Source: an uncultured Chthonomonadaceae bacterium
Lineage (GTDB): Bacteria; Armatimonadota; Chthonomonadetes; Chthonomonadales; Chthonomonadaceae
Reading direction: 5' to 3'
Length of the DNA: 64,000 bases
Assembly (NCBI GenBank): GCA_963835065.1
Contig: CAWIEK010000037.1
Location: 96,001-160,000 of the forward strand
The notes below the pieces were generated by a model, which had not been told where the DNA came from, did not search any database, and saw only the letters and a list, made by a program, of their open reading frames with translations. Within the stretch, counting starts at the first letter, position 1, and the number at the start of each line of letters is the position of its first letter. Shown here one piece after another: positions 49,970-60,489 of this stretch. Both the position numbers and the translations under genes were made by a program.

Positions 49970-51838
49970 ATGATCTCCCTACCCGACCATATCCCGGACC
50001 TGCGCCGCTTGTACGGATTTCGCGCCGTGATTGTGCTGCTGCTTGGCATGATCGGCCTGCGGCTGTGGTATTTGCAGCTTGTCAAGAACGCGGAACTGGC
50101 GGAACTGTCGCAAACGCAGAGCGTGAAAATGCTGCGCCGGGTCGCGCCGCGCGGCGTGATTATGGACGCCAAAGGCGCGGTGCTTGCGACGAGCCGCGCC
50201 AAGTTCGTGGTTTCGCTTTCTCCTGACGACGCCAAAAAGCACCCGGAAACCCTCTCGCGGCTGGCATTATTGTTAGGCGTGAAGGAGGACGACCTGCGCG
50301 GCAAGGTGCTGCCGATGCAAATGGGGCCGAACGGGATGAAGATTGTGCTGCGCGGCAAGCCGTTCGATCCCGTGCCGCTGGATCGGGATGTTAGTATCAA
50401 GGTGCTGTCGCAGATCGAGGAGCAGCGTCTGGATTTGCCCGGCGTTGTCGTCAGCCGCGATCCCGTTCGCTATTATAAAGATAACATGACGTGCGCCCAT
50501 TTGCTCGGCTTGACGGGGCTGATTAACGAAGAGCAGATGCGCAATCCCAAGTTTGCAAACTATCACGGCGGCGATTACGTGGGGCGCAACGGCCTGGAAG
50601 CGTATTATGAGTCGGAACTGCGCGGCGAGGATGGCGGCGAGTATGTGACCGTAGATGCGCGGGGCCGGACACTGCGGCAGCTGCGCGCGGATAAGCCGCG
50701 TCCGGGGCACGACCTGAAACTTGCGCTGGACATGGGCTTGCAGCGCGCGGCCTACGATCTGCTGAAAGCGCAGTTTGACGGCAAAAACGCGCGGCATCCC
50801 GGCTCGCATACGGGCGCGATTGTGGCGCTGGATCCGGCGAATGGCGAAGTGCTGGCGATGGTCAGCATGCCCTCCTACGATCTGAACACGTATGGAGAAA
50901 AATATGACGCGCTGGGAGAAGACGAGACGCAGCCCCTTTTTAACCGCGCCACAAGCGCAGCCCTGCCCTGTGGCTCACCGTTCAAACTGGTTACGGCGGC
51001 GGCGGGGCTGGAATCCGGTAAAATCGGGCAGTACACGACTTATTTTTGTCCCGGCTACAAGCGAATCGGCAATCGGATTTTCAAATGTGATGAAGTGCAT
51101 CGCAGCACGGCCTTTGAAAAGGCGATTGGCGCGTCCTGCAACGTGTACTTTTATTCCGTTGGCGAGGAAGTCGGCCCGGACGCGCTTGCAGAGTGGGCAA
51201 AGCGGTTCGGGTTGGGCAAGACAACGGGCATAGACCTGCCTTCCGGCAGACCGGGATTAATTCCCTCGCCCTCGTGGAAGCGCAAGGTAGCGCGCGACCC
51301 CGCTAACAAAGTCTGGTATCCGGGTGAAACCGCCAATATGTCTATCGGGCAGGGCGACGTGCAGGTAACGCCTATTCAATTGGCGAACTACACGGCAGCC
51401 CTTGCCAACGGCGGCACGTTGTGGCGTCCGCATCTGGTACGCGCCATCATGGACACGTCCGGCTCCAAGCCAACCGTTATTAAAACCATACAGCCCGAAG
51501 CGCGGGGGCATTTGGGCCTGAAACCGGAAAACTTGCAGTTGATTGTGGCGGGAATGCGCAAGACCATGCAGAAGGGCGGCACGGCGTTCGCGTCCGCGAT
51601 TCCGGGTTTGGAGATTGCGGGCAAAACCGGCACGGTGGAAATCAAGAAACAACGCAATTCTATGTTCGTGTGCTTTGCCGGACTGCCGGGAGAAAAACCC
51701 CGCATTGCCCTTGCCATCCTGGTGGAGGGCGGAGGATACGGTTCCGAAACCGCCGCGCCCATCGCCCGCAGCCTGCTGTCCGAGTATTTCCATATTCCTA
51801 TCAGCCCAATTGAGACTGTCGGCAATGCGCGGGACTGA
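49970..51838 (+). CDS. mrdA: Penicillin-binding protein 2
   Basis: RLWYLQ, APRG, SPFK (SxxK), SCN, KTG motifs. Confidence 0.92.
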   Translation: MISLPDHIPDLRRLYGFRAVIVLLLGMIGLRLWYLQLVKNAELAELSQTQSVKMLRRVAPRGVIMDAKGAVLATSRAKFVVSLSPDDAKKHPETLSRLALLLGVKEDDLRGKVLPMQMGPNGMKIVLRGKPFDPVPLDRDVSIKVLSQIEEQRLDLPGVVVSRDPVRYYKDNMTCAHLLGLTGLINEEQMRNPKFANYHGGDYVGRNGLEAYYESELRGEDGGEYVTVDARGRTLRQLRADKPRPGHDLKLALDMGLQRAAYDLLKAQFDGKNARHPGSHTGAIVALDPANGEVLAMVSMPSYDLNTYGEKYDALGEDETQPLFNRATSAALPCGSPFKLVTAAAGLESGKIGQYTTYFCPGYKRIGNRIFKCDEVHRSTAFEKAIGASCNVYFYSVGEEVGPDALAEWAKRFGLGKTTGIDLPSGRPGLIPSPSWKRKVARDPANKVWYPGETANMSIGQGDVQVTPIQLANYTAALANGGTLWRPHLVRAIMDTSGSKPTVIKTIQPEARGHLGLKPENLQLIVAGMRKTMQKGGTAFASAIPGLEIAGKTGTVEIKKQRNSMFVCFAGLPGEKPRIALAILVEGGGYGSETAAPIARSLLSEYFHIPISPIETVGNARD

Positions 51839-51908
51839 CAAAAGGGGTGTTGGGTGTTGGGTATCGGGTGTCGCAACGCTCAAACGAAAATTCCTAAAAG
51901 GAAAATTT

Positions 51909-53129
51909 ATGCCTGAAGAAGCGGAACAACAATCTCAGCCTTTAACGCGCCGGGGCTTTGTCTCCCGCGCCGCGTCCGCCTCGCTGCTGCCTGCGCTGAC
52001 CGCAACGGAAGCCGCCGCGCAAACTCCCGCATTGCAGCCGGATCGAAGCCTGCGGCTCACTCCCGCGCAATCCGCCGCCCACTTGATTACCCGGCAGCGC
52101 GAACCGGAAAATTTGGAATTCAACTTCGGCACATTGGACAACTTTCTCACGCCCAATGACCGCTTTTACGTGCGTACCCACTTTGCCACGCCTAATCTGG
52201 ATGCCGCGCAGTGGCAGTTGCGCGTAGAGGGAGCGGTTGAGCGTCCGTTTACGCTTTCCTATGCCGAATTGCAGCAGATGCCGTCGCGCAAATTGCAAAC
52301 CACGCTGGAATGTGCCGGCAATGGGCGTGTCGCGCTGACCCCGCCTGCCAATGGCGTACAGTGGGATTTGGGCGCGGTCAGCACGGCGGAATGGACGGGG
52401 GTATCCCTGTCGAATTTGCTGGCGCGGGCGGGTATCCGTCCTGAAGCCGTAGACGTGGTTTTGGAAGGCGCGGACAGCGGGGAAATCAAGACCACGCCGC
52501 GCCCTGCCGGAGCCATTCACTTTGCCCGCAGCCTGCCCCTCGAACGCGCGCGGCAGCAGGATGTAATCCTCGCCTACCGCATGAACGGCAGCGATTTGCC
52601 CGTTTCGCATGGTTTTCCGGTTCGAGCCGTTGTGCCCGGCTGGTACGGCATGGCGTCCGTAAAATGGCTGACGCGCATCCTTGTATTACCGCAAGCGTTT
52701 CAGGGCTATTTTCAGACCATTGATTACGCGATATGGGAGCGGCAGGGGGGCGAAGCAAGGCGCGTTCCCATTACCACCATGCAGGTCAAGGCCAGCATTG
52801 CGCGTCCCACATTCCGGGAATTGATTCGCGCCGGGAGTGCGTATCGTATCTATGGAGCGGCCTGGGCCGGGGAAGCCGCTGTTACCAAAGTGGAAGTCAG
52901 CGCCAATGGCGGCCAATCCTGGCAGCCCGCCCGCTTGAACAATCTGCCGGTTCCGTATACCTGGCGCTTCTGGGAGTACGAGTGGCGCGCGCCCCAGCAG
53001 CCGGGACGCTACGGCATCCTGGCGCGGGCAACCGACGCAAAAGGCAACACACAGCCCCTGCAGCGCGACGCTGACCGCGAAAATTACATGATTAACCACG
53101 TTGTGCCGGTGGAAGTGGAAGTGGGATAG
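51909..53129 (+). CDS. Sulfite oxidase-family molybdoenzyme with Tat-like signal
   Basis: TRRGF; FYVRTH, ECAGNGR, HGFPVR..PGWYG..SVKWL; Mo-co dimerisation domain. Confidence 0.9.
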   Translation: MPEEAEQQSQPLTRRGFVSRAASASLLPALTATEAAAQTPALQPDRSLRLTPAQSAAHLITRQREPENLEFNFGTLDNFLTPNDRFYVRTHFATPNLDAAQWQLRVEGAVERPFTLSYAELQQMPSRKLQTTLECAGNGRVALTPPANGVQWDLGAVSTAEWTGVSLSNLLARAGIRPEAVDVVLEGADSGEIKTTPRPAGAIHFARSLPLERARQQDVILAYRMNGSDLPVSHGFPVRAVVPGWYGMASVKWLTRILVLPQAFQGYFQTIDYAIWERQGGEARRVPITTMQVKASIARPTFRELIRAGSAYRIYGAAWAGEAAVTKVEVSANGGQSWQPARLNNLPVPYTWRFWEYEWRAPQQPGRYGILARATDAKGNTQPLQRDADRENYMINHVVPVEVEVG

Positions 53130-53250
53130 GCATTAGGCATTAGATATTAGGCATTAGGCTGCTCATTATCGGCTTGAATGGGATGTGCCTTTAGACAACA
53201 CTATCCTGCTTGTACAGGTACTAATGCCTAATGCCTAATGCCTAATGCCT
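53128..53250. repeat. Inverted heptamer doublet (GGCATTA)n ... (TAATGCC)n
   Basis: Same family and same AGATATT variant unit as at 36767. Confidence 0.9.
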
Positions 53251-53264
53251 CCCCGGAAACGCTT

Positions 53265-54560
53265 ATGGCGCTGAATATACGGCAAAATGGCATTGTATTG
53301 CGGCAGGATGACGGGAGCGTGACCATTCACCGTCCCGGCAAGGGCGGCAATGCGGGTGTGATTATTGAAGTTGGGGAAGAACTGGCGGATACGTGGCGGC
53401 TGGCGACTGGAGATGTTGTGGAAGGCGTCACGGCAGTCTTTGACGATGTGCAGGCCGTGTCGGACGCAAGCGCGGAGTGGTACGAGCAATACGATTTAAT
53501 GGACGAGGAGCAGCGGGACGAACCCGGCAGCGCGCGGGGCGTCTCGGTTCCCGCGTGGTTGCGGGAACACGTTTTGCCGTCCGAGCAGCTTGTGTCCATT
53601 TCGCGGGTGAACGGCATGGAGTGGGAAGATGCGGACGAACGCCCTTCCCCGCGTAAGCGCAACAACGCCGAGCGCAGTTCGCCGGATCGCCTGCTTCCGC
53701 TTGCCGTTCGCGCTTCGGACACGACCGGCAGGATGCTGGACTTTGCCGCGCCATTGGGAACGGGCTGTGTAGGCGTGATTTACGGCCCTCATGCCAGTGG
53801 CCTGACCCGGACTCTGGAAGCCGTTGTTGCGGGAACCTGCGCCAATGCCCCGGATGTAGCCGTGCTTGTGCTGCTGCTGCGAGCGCGGGGCGAGGAAGCG
53901 ACCGAATGGCGGCGGCAGTTTCCCAATGCGGATGTGGTTGTGTGTTCTTCCGCGTCGTCGGCAAGTACGCCGGAGCAAGCCCTGCGCCTTGCCGACATCA
54001 CATTGGCCTGCGCGCAGCGTCAAACGGAATTGGGGCGGCATGTGCTGCTGGCGGTTGACTCGCTGACGGGATTGTGGGGCGCGATGCTGGAAGCGGAACA
54101 CGCGGATTCGCAGTCGGAAGCGGATCAATCGCGGGCGCGGTATCGGCTGCGCGAGTGGGTTCAAAAAGCAGGCAACTTCGGCGGGCCGGGACTGCTTGGC
54201 GCGTCATTGGGCGGCTCGCTGACATTAGTTGGAACCGCGTGGCAGCAGAGCATAGACGAGGAAGCGGAAGAAGAGCGCGATGTTCACCCCCACCTGCGCC
54301 TGATGGAGCATCTGCTGCACGACACCAACTGGCGCGTTCCCCTGTCGCCCGTTCTCATGCGCGAACGCCTGTTCCCCGCCATTGATACGGCGCGCTGTCT
54401 GTCCCAACCCGAAGACAAACTCCTGCCGCCTGAGATTTACGAACAACTGCTAACCGCGCGGGCAAAACTGGCGCGTCTGGACCTGCTTTCCCGCCACAAA
54501 ACGCTTTTAGATGCGCTGGACGAAACAACCGACAACAGCCAGTTAATGGATATGTTGTAA
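53265..54560 (+). CDS. Degenerate transcription termination factor Rho-like protein
   Basis: LATGDVVEG, RVNG, RMLDFAAPLG.G, P-loop GPHASGLT, LAVDSLTGL, GGSLTLVGTA, RLFPAID. Confidence 0.7.
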   Translation: MALNIRQNGIVLRQDDGSVTIHRPGKGGNAGVIIEVGEELADTWRLATGDVVEGVTAVFDDVQAVSDASAEWYEQYDLMDEEQRDEPGSARGVSVPAWLREHVLPSEQLVSISRVNGMEWEDADERPSPRKRNNAERSSPDRLLPLAVRASDTTGRMLDFAAPLGTGCVGVIYGPHASGLTRTLEAVVAGTCANAPDVAVLVLLLRARGEEATEWRRQFPNADVVVCSSASSASTPEQALRLADITLACAQRQTELGRHVLLAVDSLTGLWGAMLEAEHADSQSEADQSRARYRLREWVQKAGNFGGPGLLGASLGGSLTLVGTAWQQSIDEEAEEERDVHPHLRLMEHLLHDTNWRVPLSPVLMRERLFPAIDTARCLSQPEDKLLPPEIYEQLLTARAKLARLDLLSRHKTLLDALDETTDNSQLMDML

Positions 54561-54728
54561 ATTGAAAACCCCGGCATTTGTCCACGCGGAGGCCATCATT
54601 CTGTGCTAAAATATGGTACAGGCGATATTCTGGTACGGTGCAGTTTGTGGCAGGGAAGTCAGGGCATTTTGAAGTCGCCGCGCCCGTAACCGTTTGAAAT
54701 CAGTTGATTGGAGCAGTCTGTTTTTGTT

Positions 54729-55142
54729 ATGGCGGCAAGTAAAACCACAAGTAAGAAGTATGGACGTATTCGCAATGCGCGGCAGAACTACGCGCCGTTT
54801 CGCGCCTGCCTGCTGGTGGCGGGGTTGGCGGCGATTATGAAAATGGCGCTTGCCGGCAGCGTCCACGATATGCAGCGCATGTCGTGCGACGGATTGCGTA
54901 ATTACCTGGCGGGCGCGGAAGGAAACTATTACCGCAAATACCATCACTTTGTTGTCGGGGGCGAGGATGCGTTACAGGAACTGGTGAATGCCCAGGTGAT
55001 GCGCGCCCTGCCGGAATGTCGCGCGGGTGGGCACTACACCGCCGTTGCCAACCCGGACGGCTCCCTTGCCATTCATTGCAGCATTCCCGACCACGACAAA
55101 GATCATGCCATTACCCGTCTGCCCTCTCGCCGTCGGCAGTAA
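54729..55142 (+). CDS. Small membrane-anchored pilin-like hypothetical protein
   Basis: Single TM; C-terminal ECRAGGHY...HCSIPDH cysteine pair as seen in pilin-like proteins. Confidence 0.5.
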   Translation: MAASKTTSKKYGRIRNARQNYAPFRACLLVAGLAAIMKMALAGSVHDMQRMSCDGLRNYLAGAEGNYYRKYHHFVVGGEDALQELVNAQVMRALPECRAGGHYTAVANPDGSLAIHCSIPDHDKDHAITRLPSRRRQ

Positions 55143-55221
55143 ATCAAGGGTATCTAACCCGCTTTGTCCAATTAAGCTTTGTTGATCCGTTTAGCATCAA
55201 ATCGCTCGTTATTCAATCATT

Positions 55222-56911
55222 ATGCTGCGTACGCTTTCTGTCCGAAATTTTGCCATTATTGACCGGCTTGACCTGGAATTCGAGCCGGGGTTTAACGTGC
55301 TGACCGGCGAAACCGGCGCGGGCAAATCCATCCTCATGGACGCGCTGAACCTGATATTGGGCGCGCGGGCCGGGGCGGAAATGGTTCGCGGCGGCGCGGA
55401 TAAGGCCACGATTGACGCCGTTTTCGATGTGGGCGAATCATCGCATTTGCAGGCGATTGTCGAGCGCATGGGCTACGACCTGGAAGACGACCAGTTGTTT
55501 CTGGCGCGGGAAGTGTCGGCTGCGGGCAAGTCTTCGTGCCGCATTGCGGGGCGTCCGGCAACTGTGGCGCAGTTGAAAGAATTGGGCGACTGGCTGGTAG
55601 ACCTGCACGGGCAGCACGAGCATCAATCCCTGCTGGCCGTAGCGCGGCATCTGGATATGCTGGACGATTGGGGCGGCAAGCCGATTGCGGGTTTGCGCGG
55701 TCAGGTGGCTGAAGCGTATCAGGCCGTGCAAAAATTGCGCCGGGAAAAAGAGGAATTGGAGCGGGACGCCCGCGAACGCGCGCACCTGCTGGATTTGTAC
55801 CAGTTTCAGGTGAAGGAAATCGGGGAAGCCAAACTTGCGCCCGGTGAAGATGAGGAACTGGCAACGGAATACAAGCGGGTTGCGAACGCGCAAAAACTGG
55901 CGGAATCGGCGGCAACCGCTGCGGAAGCCCTGACGGGCGGCGAAAGCGGCAGCGGCGCACTCGAAGCCCTGAACCTTGCCATGCGGACGCTGGAAGAAGC
56001 GGCGGCATTGGACGACGCGCTGACGCCCGCATTGGAAGCCGTTCGTTCCGCCACGTATGAACTGACCGAAACCGAGCGCGACCTGATCCGCTATCAGGAT
56101 ACCGTCGAGTTCAATCCCGAACGTTTGGAGCAGATCGAGGAACGCCTGGAACTGCTGCGCAACTTGAAGCGCAAGTACGGCGACAGTATCGAAGAAATCG
56201 CGCAGTACGGCAAGGAAACCGCCGCGAAACTGGATACGCTCACCAATTCGGAAGAGCGCGGGGCACAACTGGACGCGGAAATCAAAAAGGGCGGTAAGAA
56301 ACTGCGCGACCTGTGCGCCCAACTCAGCGACCTGCGCTGCAAAGCGGCTTTGGAATTTCAGACGATCACGCTTACGGAACTGCGCGACCTGGCGATGGAA
56401 AAAACGCGCTTTGAAGTCCATATCGTTCAGGGCGAGCCGACCGCCAAAGGCACGGACAAGGTAGAATTTCTGATCGCCACCAATCCCGGCGAGCCGCTCC
56501 GTTCGCTGGCGAAAGTGGCGTCGGGCGGCGAAATTTCGCGCGTGATGCTGGCGATCAAGTCCGCGCTTGCCCGGCAGGAACCCTTGCCGACAATGGTTTT
56601 GACGAGATTGACGTTGGCGTAGGCGGGCGCACGGCCAGTAAAATCGCCGAAAAATTGTCGAACCTCGCGAAGAACGCGCAAGTCTTGTGTATCACGCACC
56701 TCGCGCAGCTTGCCAGCAAAGGGCAGCGCCATCTGTACATCGAAAAGAACGTGGAAGGCGACCGCACCAATGTCACCGTCGTTCCCCTGACGCCCGAACA
56801 GCGCGTCACAGAAGTCGCCCGCATGATCGGCGGCGAAGGCATCACGGACACGTTCTACAACACGCCCGCGAAATGCTGTCCACGCCAAAAGAGAAGAATG
56901 GCCGCGAATGA
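55222..56911 (+). CDS. recN: DNA repair protein RecN, frameshifts near 56598 and 56852
   Basis: TGETGAGKS, HGQHEHQ, ASGGEISR; Walker B VFDEID restored by one extra T; ITHLAQLAS..EVARMIGG in the next frame. Confidence 0.93.
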
Positions 56912-57348
56912 ACGCGCATAACCTGCGGTTCACGTACAAGAGCGACGGACACTTTTACCCTGCATTGGCAAACCTCTGTGAAACACAGCAAAGAGTTCTG
57001 TGGTTTAATGTTCAGGCGTAATTACTGTTAATTACTGGATTGACATTAACGGCGAAAATAGTAGGTAATGACGAGTACAAAGAATCATTGAAGGAATTGT
57101 ATCGCTCAACTGCTTCCGAAGGGAAATTCTATATTGTGACATGCGCTGGCTGTGGTGACCAGGGTGTGCAAGCGCATCTGCGATAGAGATAACGCATATA
57201 GAAGGCAAAACGCTATGGCTGACACGGAGTTAAACCGGTCTACGTTTTTGACACACAAGAGTATGTTGCTCAGATAACAAGTGCCTACGAAGAATTAGCG
57301 CATCTTAAAGAACTCTATCCGAGTTATCGAATGAGCGATGTGTGGTAG
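56908..57348 (+). pseudogene. AT-rich degraded ORF with TC..CGD.G cysteine motif
   Basis: Fragments in shifting frames: LKELYRST..FYIVTCAGCGDQG / IEITHIEGKTLW / VYVFDTQEYVAQI..LYPSYRMSDVW*. Confidence 0.45.
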
Positions 57349-57420
57349 CCGCAGTTTGATAAGTTGAGGCATGAAACCCAATCCCGTTCAAGTAACGCCT
57401 GCACCGGGAATAAATTCCTC

Positions 57421-57515
57421 GGCTGTGGTAACGAAGCCCGCCTGCGCGGACTGAAGGCTTTATAAATCATCTAACGGCGGTGTAGTCCGCGCAGGCGGAT
57501 TTCGTTACCACAGCC
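57421..57515. repeat. REP/REPIN-like inverted pair
   Basis: GGCTGTGGTAACGAAGCCCGCCTGCGCGGACT ... AGTCCGCGCAGGCGGATTTCGTTACCACAGCC. Confidence 0.85.
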
Positions 57516-57540
57516 GCGCATTTAATGCACGGACTTTTCA

Positions 57541-57825
57541 ATGCACGGCGAATATAAAACTCCGGGTGGCAAATTGGTCATGGTTGATTTTTCCGTCGCT
57601 CACGGCATACTTTATGGTGTGCAGGTGAGCGGCGACTTTTTTCTGTACCCGGAGGAAGCGTTGCTGCACATCGCCGCGTCGTTGGAAGGCTTGCCGATTA
57701 CGGCAGATGTGGATGAGATTGCCGCCCGAATTACGAACGCGCTTGCGCCCGATGTGGTGATGCTTGGGTTTTCGCCTGAAGCGATTGCGCGGGCGGTCAG
57801 AAATGCGCTGGAGGAACAGCCATGA
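57541..57825 (+). CDS. Lipoate-protein ligase accessory (C-terminal-type) domain protein
   Basis: EYKTPGGKL, VSGDFFLYPEE motifs. Confidence 0.8.
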   Translation: MHGEYKTPGGKLVMVDFSVAHGILYGVQVSGDFFLYPEEALLHIAASLEGLPITADVDEIAARITNALAPDVVMLGFSPEAIARAVRNALEEQP

Positions 57826-58697
57826 GTAACGAGACGCTGAACAGCAACGCGCCAGAGGAGGCGATGTCTGCCGAACCGGTGTATGCGCCTGTTCCTGCGC
57901 CGATTACGCTGGATGTGACGCCAATGCTGGAACGCTGGAAAGGGGCAGGGTGGCAATTGCTGCCGGAAGTTCCGCTTAGTCCCGCCATGAATGTCGCGCT
58001 GGATGAAGTTTTGTTGGGACAGGTGCAGCGTAGCGAACGTCCGCCGACCTTGCGGTTTTGGGGATGGGGCGGGCAGGCGGTGATTTTGGGTTCGTTTCAA
58101 TCCGTACGCAATGAAGTGGACGAGCAGGCCGCGCAGGAAATGGGAATCGCCATTGTCCGGCGCATGAGCGGCGGCGGAGCCATGCTGGTGCAGCCCGGAT
58201 TAACGATTACGTACTCGCTGTATATTCCCGACGGATTGCTGCAAGGCGTTTCCATTGCCAACTCGTATGCGGTTTGCGATCAATGGGCGGTGGCGGCGTT
58301 TCGGGAGGCGGGGATCAATGCGTGGTACGCGCCCCTCAACGACATTACGAGTGCGGAAGGCAAAATCGGCGGCGCGGCGCAGGCGCGGCGTCCCGGCGCA
58401 ATCCTGCACCACACGACCATTGCCTACGAAATGAACCCCGACGAGATGCTGCGCGTTCTCCGCATCGGACGCGCCAAACTCAGCGACAAAGGCATTGCCA
58501 GCGCCGCCAAGCGCGTCAGCCCCCTGCGCCGTCAAACCGACCTGCCCCGCGAACAACTGGTAGCGCGTCTCACAGAGGGTTTTCGCAACGATTTCGGCCT
58601 GACCGACTCCGCGCTGTCTGCCGAAGACATTCTCGCCGCCGAACAGCTTGTACAGACAAAATACGGCACAGACGCCTGGACGCATAGCCTGCCCTGA
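57822..58697 (+). CDS. lplA: Lipoate-protein ligase A catalytic domain
   Basis: NVALDE, PTLRFW, RRMSGGGA, NDI..KIGGAAQ, HHTT. Confidence 0.88.
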   Translation: MSNETLNSNAPEEAMSAEPVYAPVPAPITLDVTPMLERWKGAGWQLLPEVPLSPAMNVALDEVLLGQVQRSERPPTLRFWGWGGQAVILGSFQSVRNEVDEQAAQEMGIAIVRRMSGGGAMLVQPGLTITYSLYIPDGLLQGVSIANSYAVCDQWAVAAFREAGINAWYAPLNDITSAEGKIGGAAQARRPGAILHHTTIAYEMNPDEMLRVLRIGRAKLSDKGIASAAKRVSPLRRQTDLPREQLVARLTEGFRNDFGLTDSALSAEDILAAEQLVQTKYGTDAWTHSLP

Positions 58698-60173
58698 TTA
58701 TTTAAGTATGTGGAGCAGCCGTTGGTAAGCCTCTTCCCAGCGTTCGGCGTTTGCGGCAGGCGTGTAGGTTTCCAGCGTGAAAGAATTGCGCACGATTTGC
58801 CGCGCCTGCTCCAGCCCATTCAGCAGGCCGACGCCGATGGCCTGCATTAGTATATTGCCGATAGCGGTTGCTTCCACCGGGCCGGCAATTACGGTTCGGC
58901 GCGTGGCATCGGCGGTGAGTTGGCACAGCAGTTTGTTTTGGGTTCCGCCGCCCACGACGTGAATGGTGTCAATGCCGCGCCCGCGTACCTGCTCCAATCC
59001 CTCCACTACAAACCGGTATTTCAGCGCGAGGCTTTCCAGGCAGCAGCGGATGATTGCGCCCTCGTCCTGTGGAACCGCCTGCCCCGCGCGTTGGCAGAAG
59101 GCGCGGATTTCCGCCGCCATGTCGTCGGGCGCGAGGAACGCGGGATCGTCCGGGTCAATCAATGGCCCGAATGGAGGAGCCTGTTCCGCCAGTGTGGTCA
59201 AGGTAGCATAGCTGTGATCGTGTCCGTATCGGGCAAACGAGCGGCGGCACTCCTGCACGAGCCACAATCCCATCACGTTTTTCAGGACGCGAACCGTGTT
59301 ACGCGCGCCGCCTTCATTGGTAAAGTTGAATTTCGCGGTTTGTTCGGAGATAAGCGGGACAGGCGCTTCGATGCCGACAAGCGACCATGTGCCGCTGCTG
59401 ATGTAAGCGTAATCGGGAGTGGACGCGGGCACGGCGACAACCGCGCTGCCCGTATCATGGGTGGCGGGCGCGATCACTTGCAGGTTGGTGGCTCCTGTTT
59501 CTGCCGCAATATCCCGGCGAAGTGTGCCAAGCCGCGTTCCCGCGGGTACGATGTCGGTGAAAATAGCGCGGGGCAGTTGAAACGCTCCAATCAAATCCTC
59601 CGCCCATGCGTGGTTATGCGGGTCGGCGAGTTGCGTCGAGGTGGCGTTGCTCCATTCCGTCACTTTTACGCCCGTCAGCCAGAAGTTCAGCAGGTCGGGC
59701 ATGAGCAGCAAGGTGCGGGCGTTTGCCAGCAGGGGCGAACCCGCTTTTTGCAGCGACAGCAGTTGATATAGCGTATTGAACTGCAAAAACTGTATTCCCG
59801 TGCGCTTGTAAATCGCTTCACGCGGCACGGTTTGAAACGCGGCTTCCATCATGCCGTCATTGGCGTGGTCGCGGTAATGGCGTGGGTTCCCCAACAGCAC
59901 ATCGTCTTTGCCGAGCAGTCCGAAATCCACTGCCCACGTATCAATGCCCATCCCCCTAAAATCGGTTCCACAGGACTGCGCGGCCAATCGTAATCCTGTC
60001 TTGATTTCCGTAAACAGCCGCAGCGCGTCCCAATACAGCGTATCGAGTACGCGCGTCCCGCCCGTCGCAAAACGGTGCGCGTCCTGCAAGCGCAGTTTGT
60101 CGTCCTCAAAAAAGCCCGTTACCGCCCGCCCGCTTTCCGCGCCCAGATCAAACGCCAGAAACTTGGCTTCCAT
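58698..60173 (-). CDS. rhaB: Rhamnulokinase, copy 1
   Basis: FDLGAESGR, DTWAVDF, TGIQ..FNTLYQL, HDTGSA, SSGTWSL, TNEGG, KNVMGLW, GPVEATAIGN. Confidence 0.93.
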   Translation of the reverse strand: MEAKFLAFDLGAESGRAVTGFFEDDKLRLQDAHRFATGGTRVLDTLYWDALRLFTEIKTGLRLAAQSCGTDFRGMGIDTWAVDFGLLGKDDVLLGNPRHYRDHANDGMMEAAFQTVPREAIYKRTGIQFLQFNTLYQLLSLQKAGSPLLANARTLLLMPDLLNFWLTGVKVTEWSNATSTQLADPHNHAWAEDLIGAFQLPRAIFTDIVPAGTRLGTLRRDIAAETGATNLQVIAPATHDTGSAVVAVPASTPDYAYISSGTWSLVGIEAPVPLISEQTAKFNFTNEGGARNTVRVLKNVMGLWLVQECRRSFARYGHDHSYATLTTLAEQAPPFGPLIDPDDPAFLAPDDMAAEIRAFCQRAGQAVPQDEGAIIRCCLESLALKYRFVVEGLEQVRGRGIDTIHVVGGGTQNKLLCQLTADATRRTVIAGPVEATAIGNILMQAIGVGLLNGLEQARQIVRNSFTLETYTPAANAERWEEAYQRLLHILK

Positions 60174-60196
60174 TGCCACGATGATGCCTCCCCAAA

Positions 60197-60334
60197 AAGG
60201 ATGAAGGATGAAGGATGAAGGATGAAGAATGAAGACAATGCCTGTCTCTGTCTTAATCAATAAACATGGTTATGACAGAAGAAGCCATTGTCCTGAGTGC
60301 AATTCTTCATCCTTCATCCTTCATCCTTCATCCT
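60197..60334. repeat. Inverted heptamer doublet (GGATGAA)n ... (TTCATCC)n, duplicated at 63027-63164
   Basis: Arms at 60197-60234 and 60305-60334. Confidence 0.9.
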
Positions 60335-60489
60335 TTTCGGGGCGGGAAAATCCTGCTTGTTTCTTATCGTGCAATTTTACGCCGATGAGGGCTGTCAACA
60401 GGAATGGGCACCTTGCCGCTAGTACGCGGCAGAGCCAATAATAAATCATCCGAGAGGATGAATGGGAAGAAGCAGGAGAAAGAGGCAAC

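Noticed and set aside
57541..58697. Split lipoate ligase as a novelty
   Set aside because: Two-gene and permuted LplA arrangements are already known.
1352..59771. Long antisense ORFs in the track (e.g. 1702-2844, 13409-14593, 31361-32869, 39057-40322)
   Set aside because: Shadow frames of GC-rich genes that are well supported on the opposite strand.
60174..60260. N-terminal extensions of rhaB, the sulfite oxidase, aroF and SpoIIM given by the ORF track
   Set aside because: The extensions run through repeat arms or upstream genes; better starts exist downstream.
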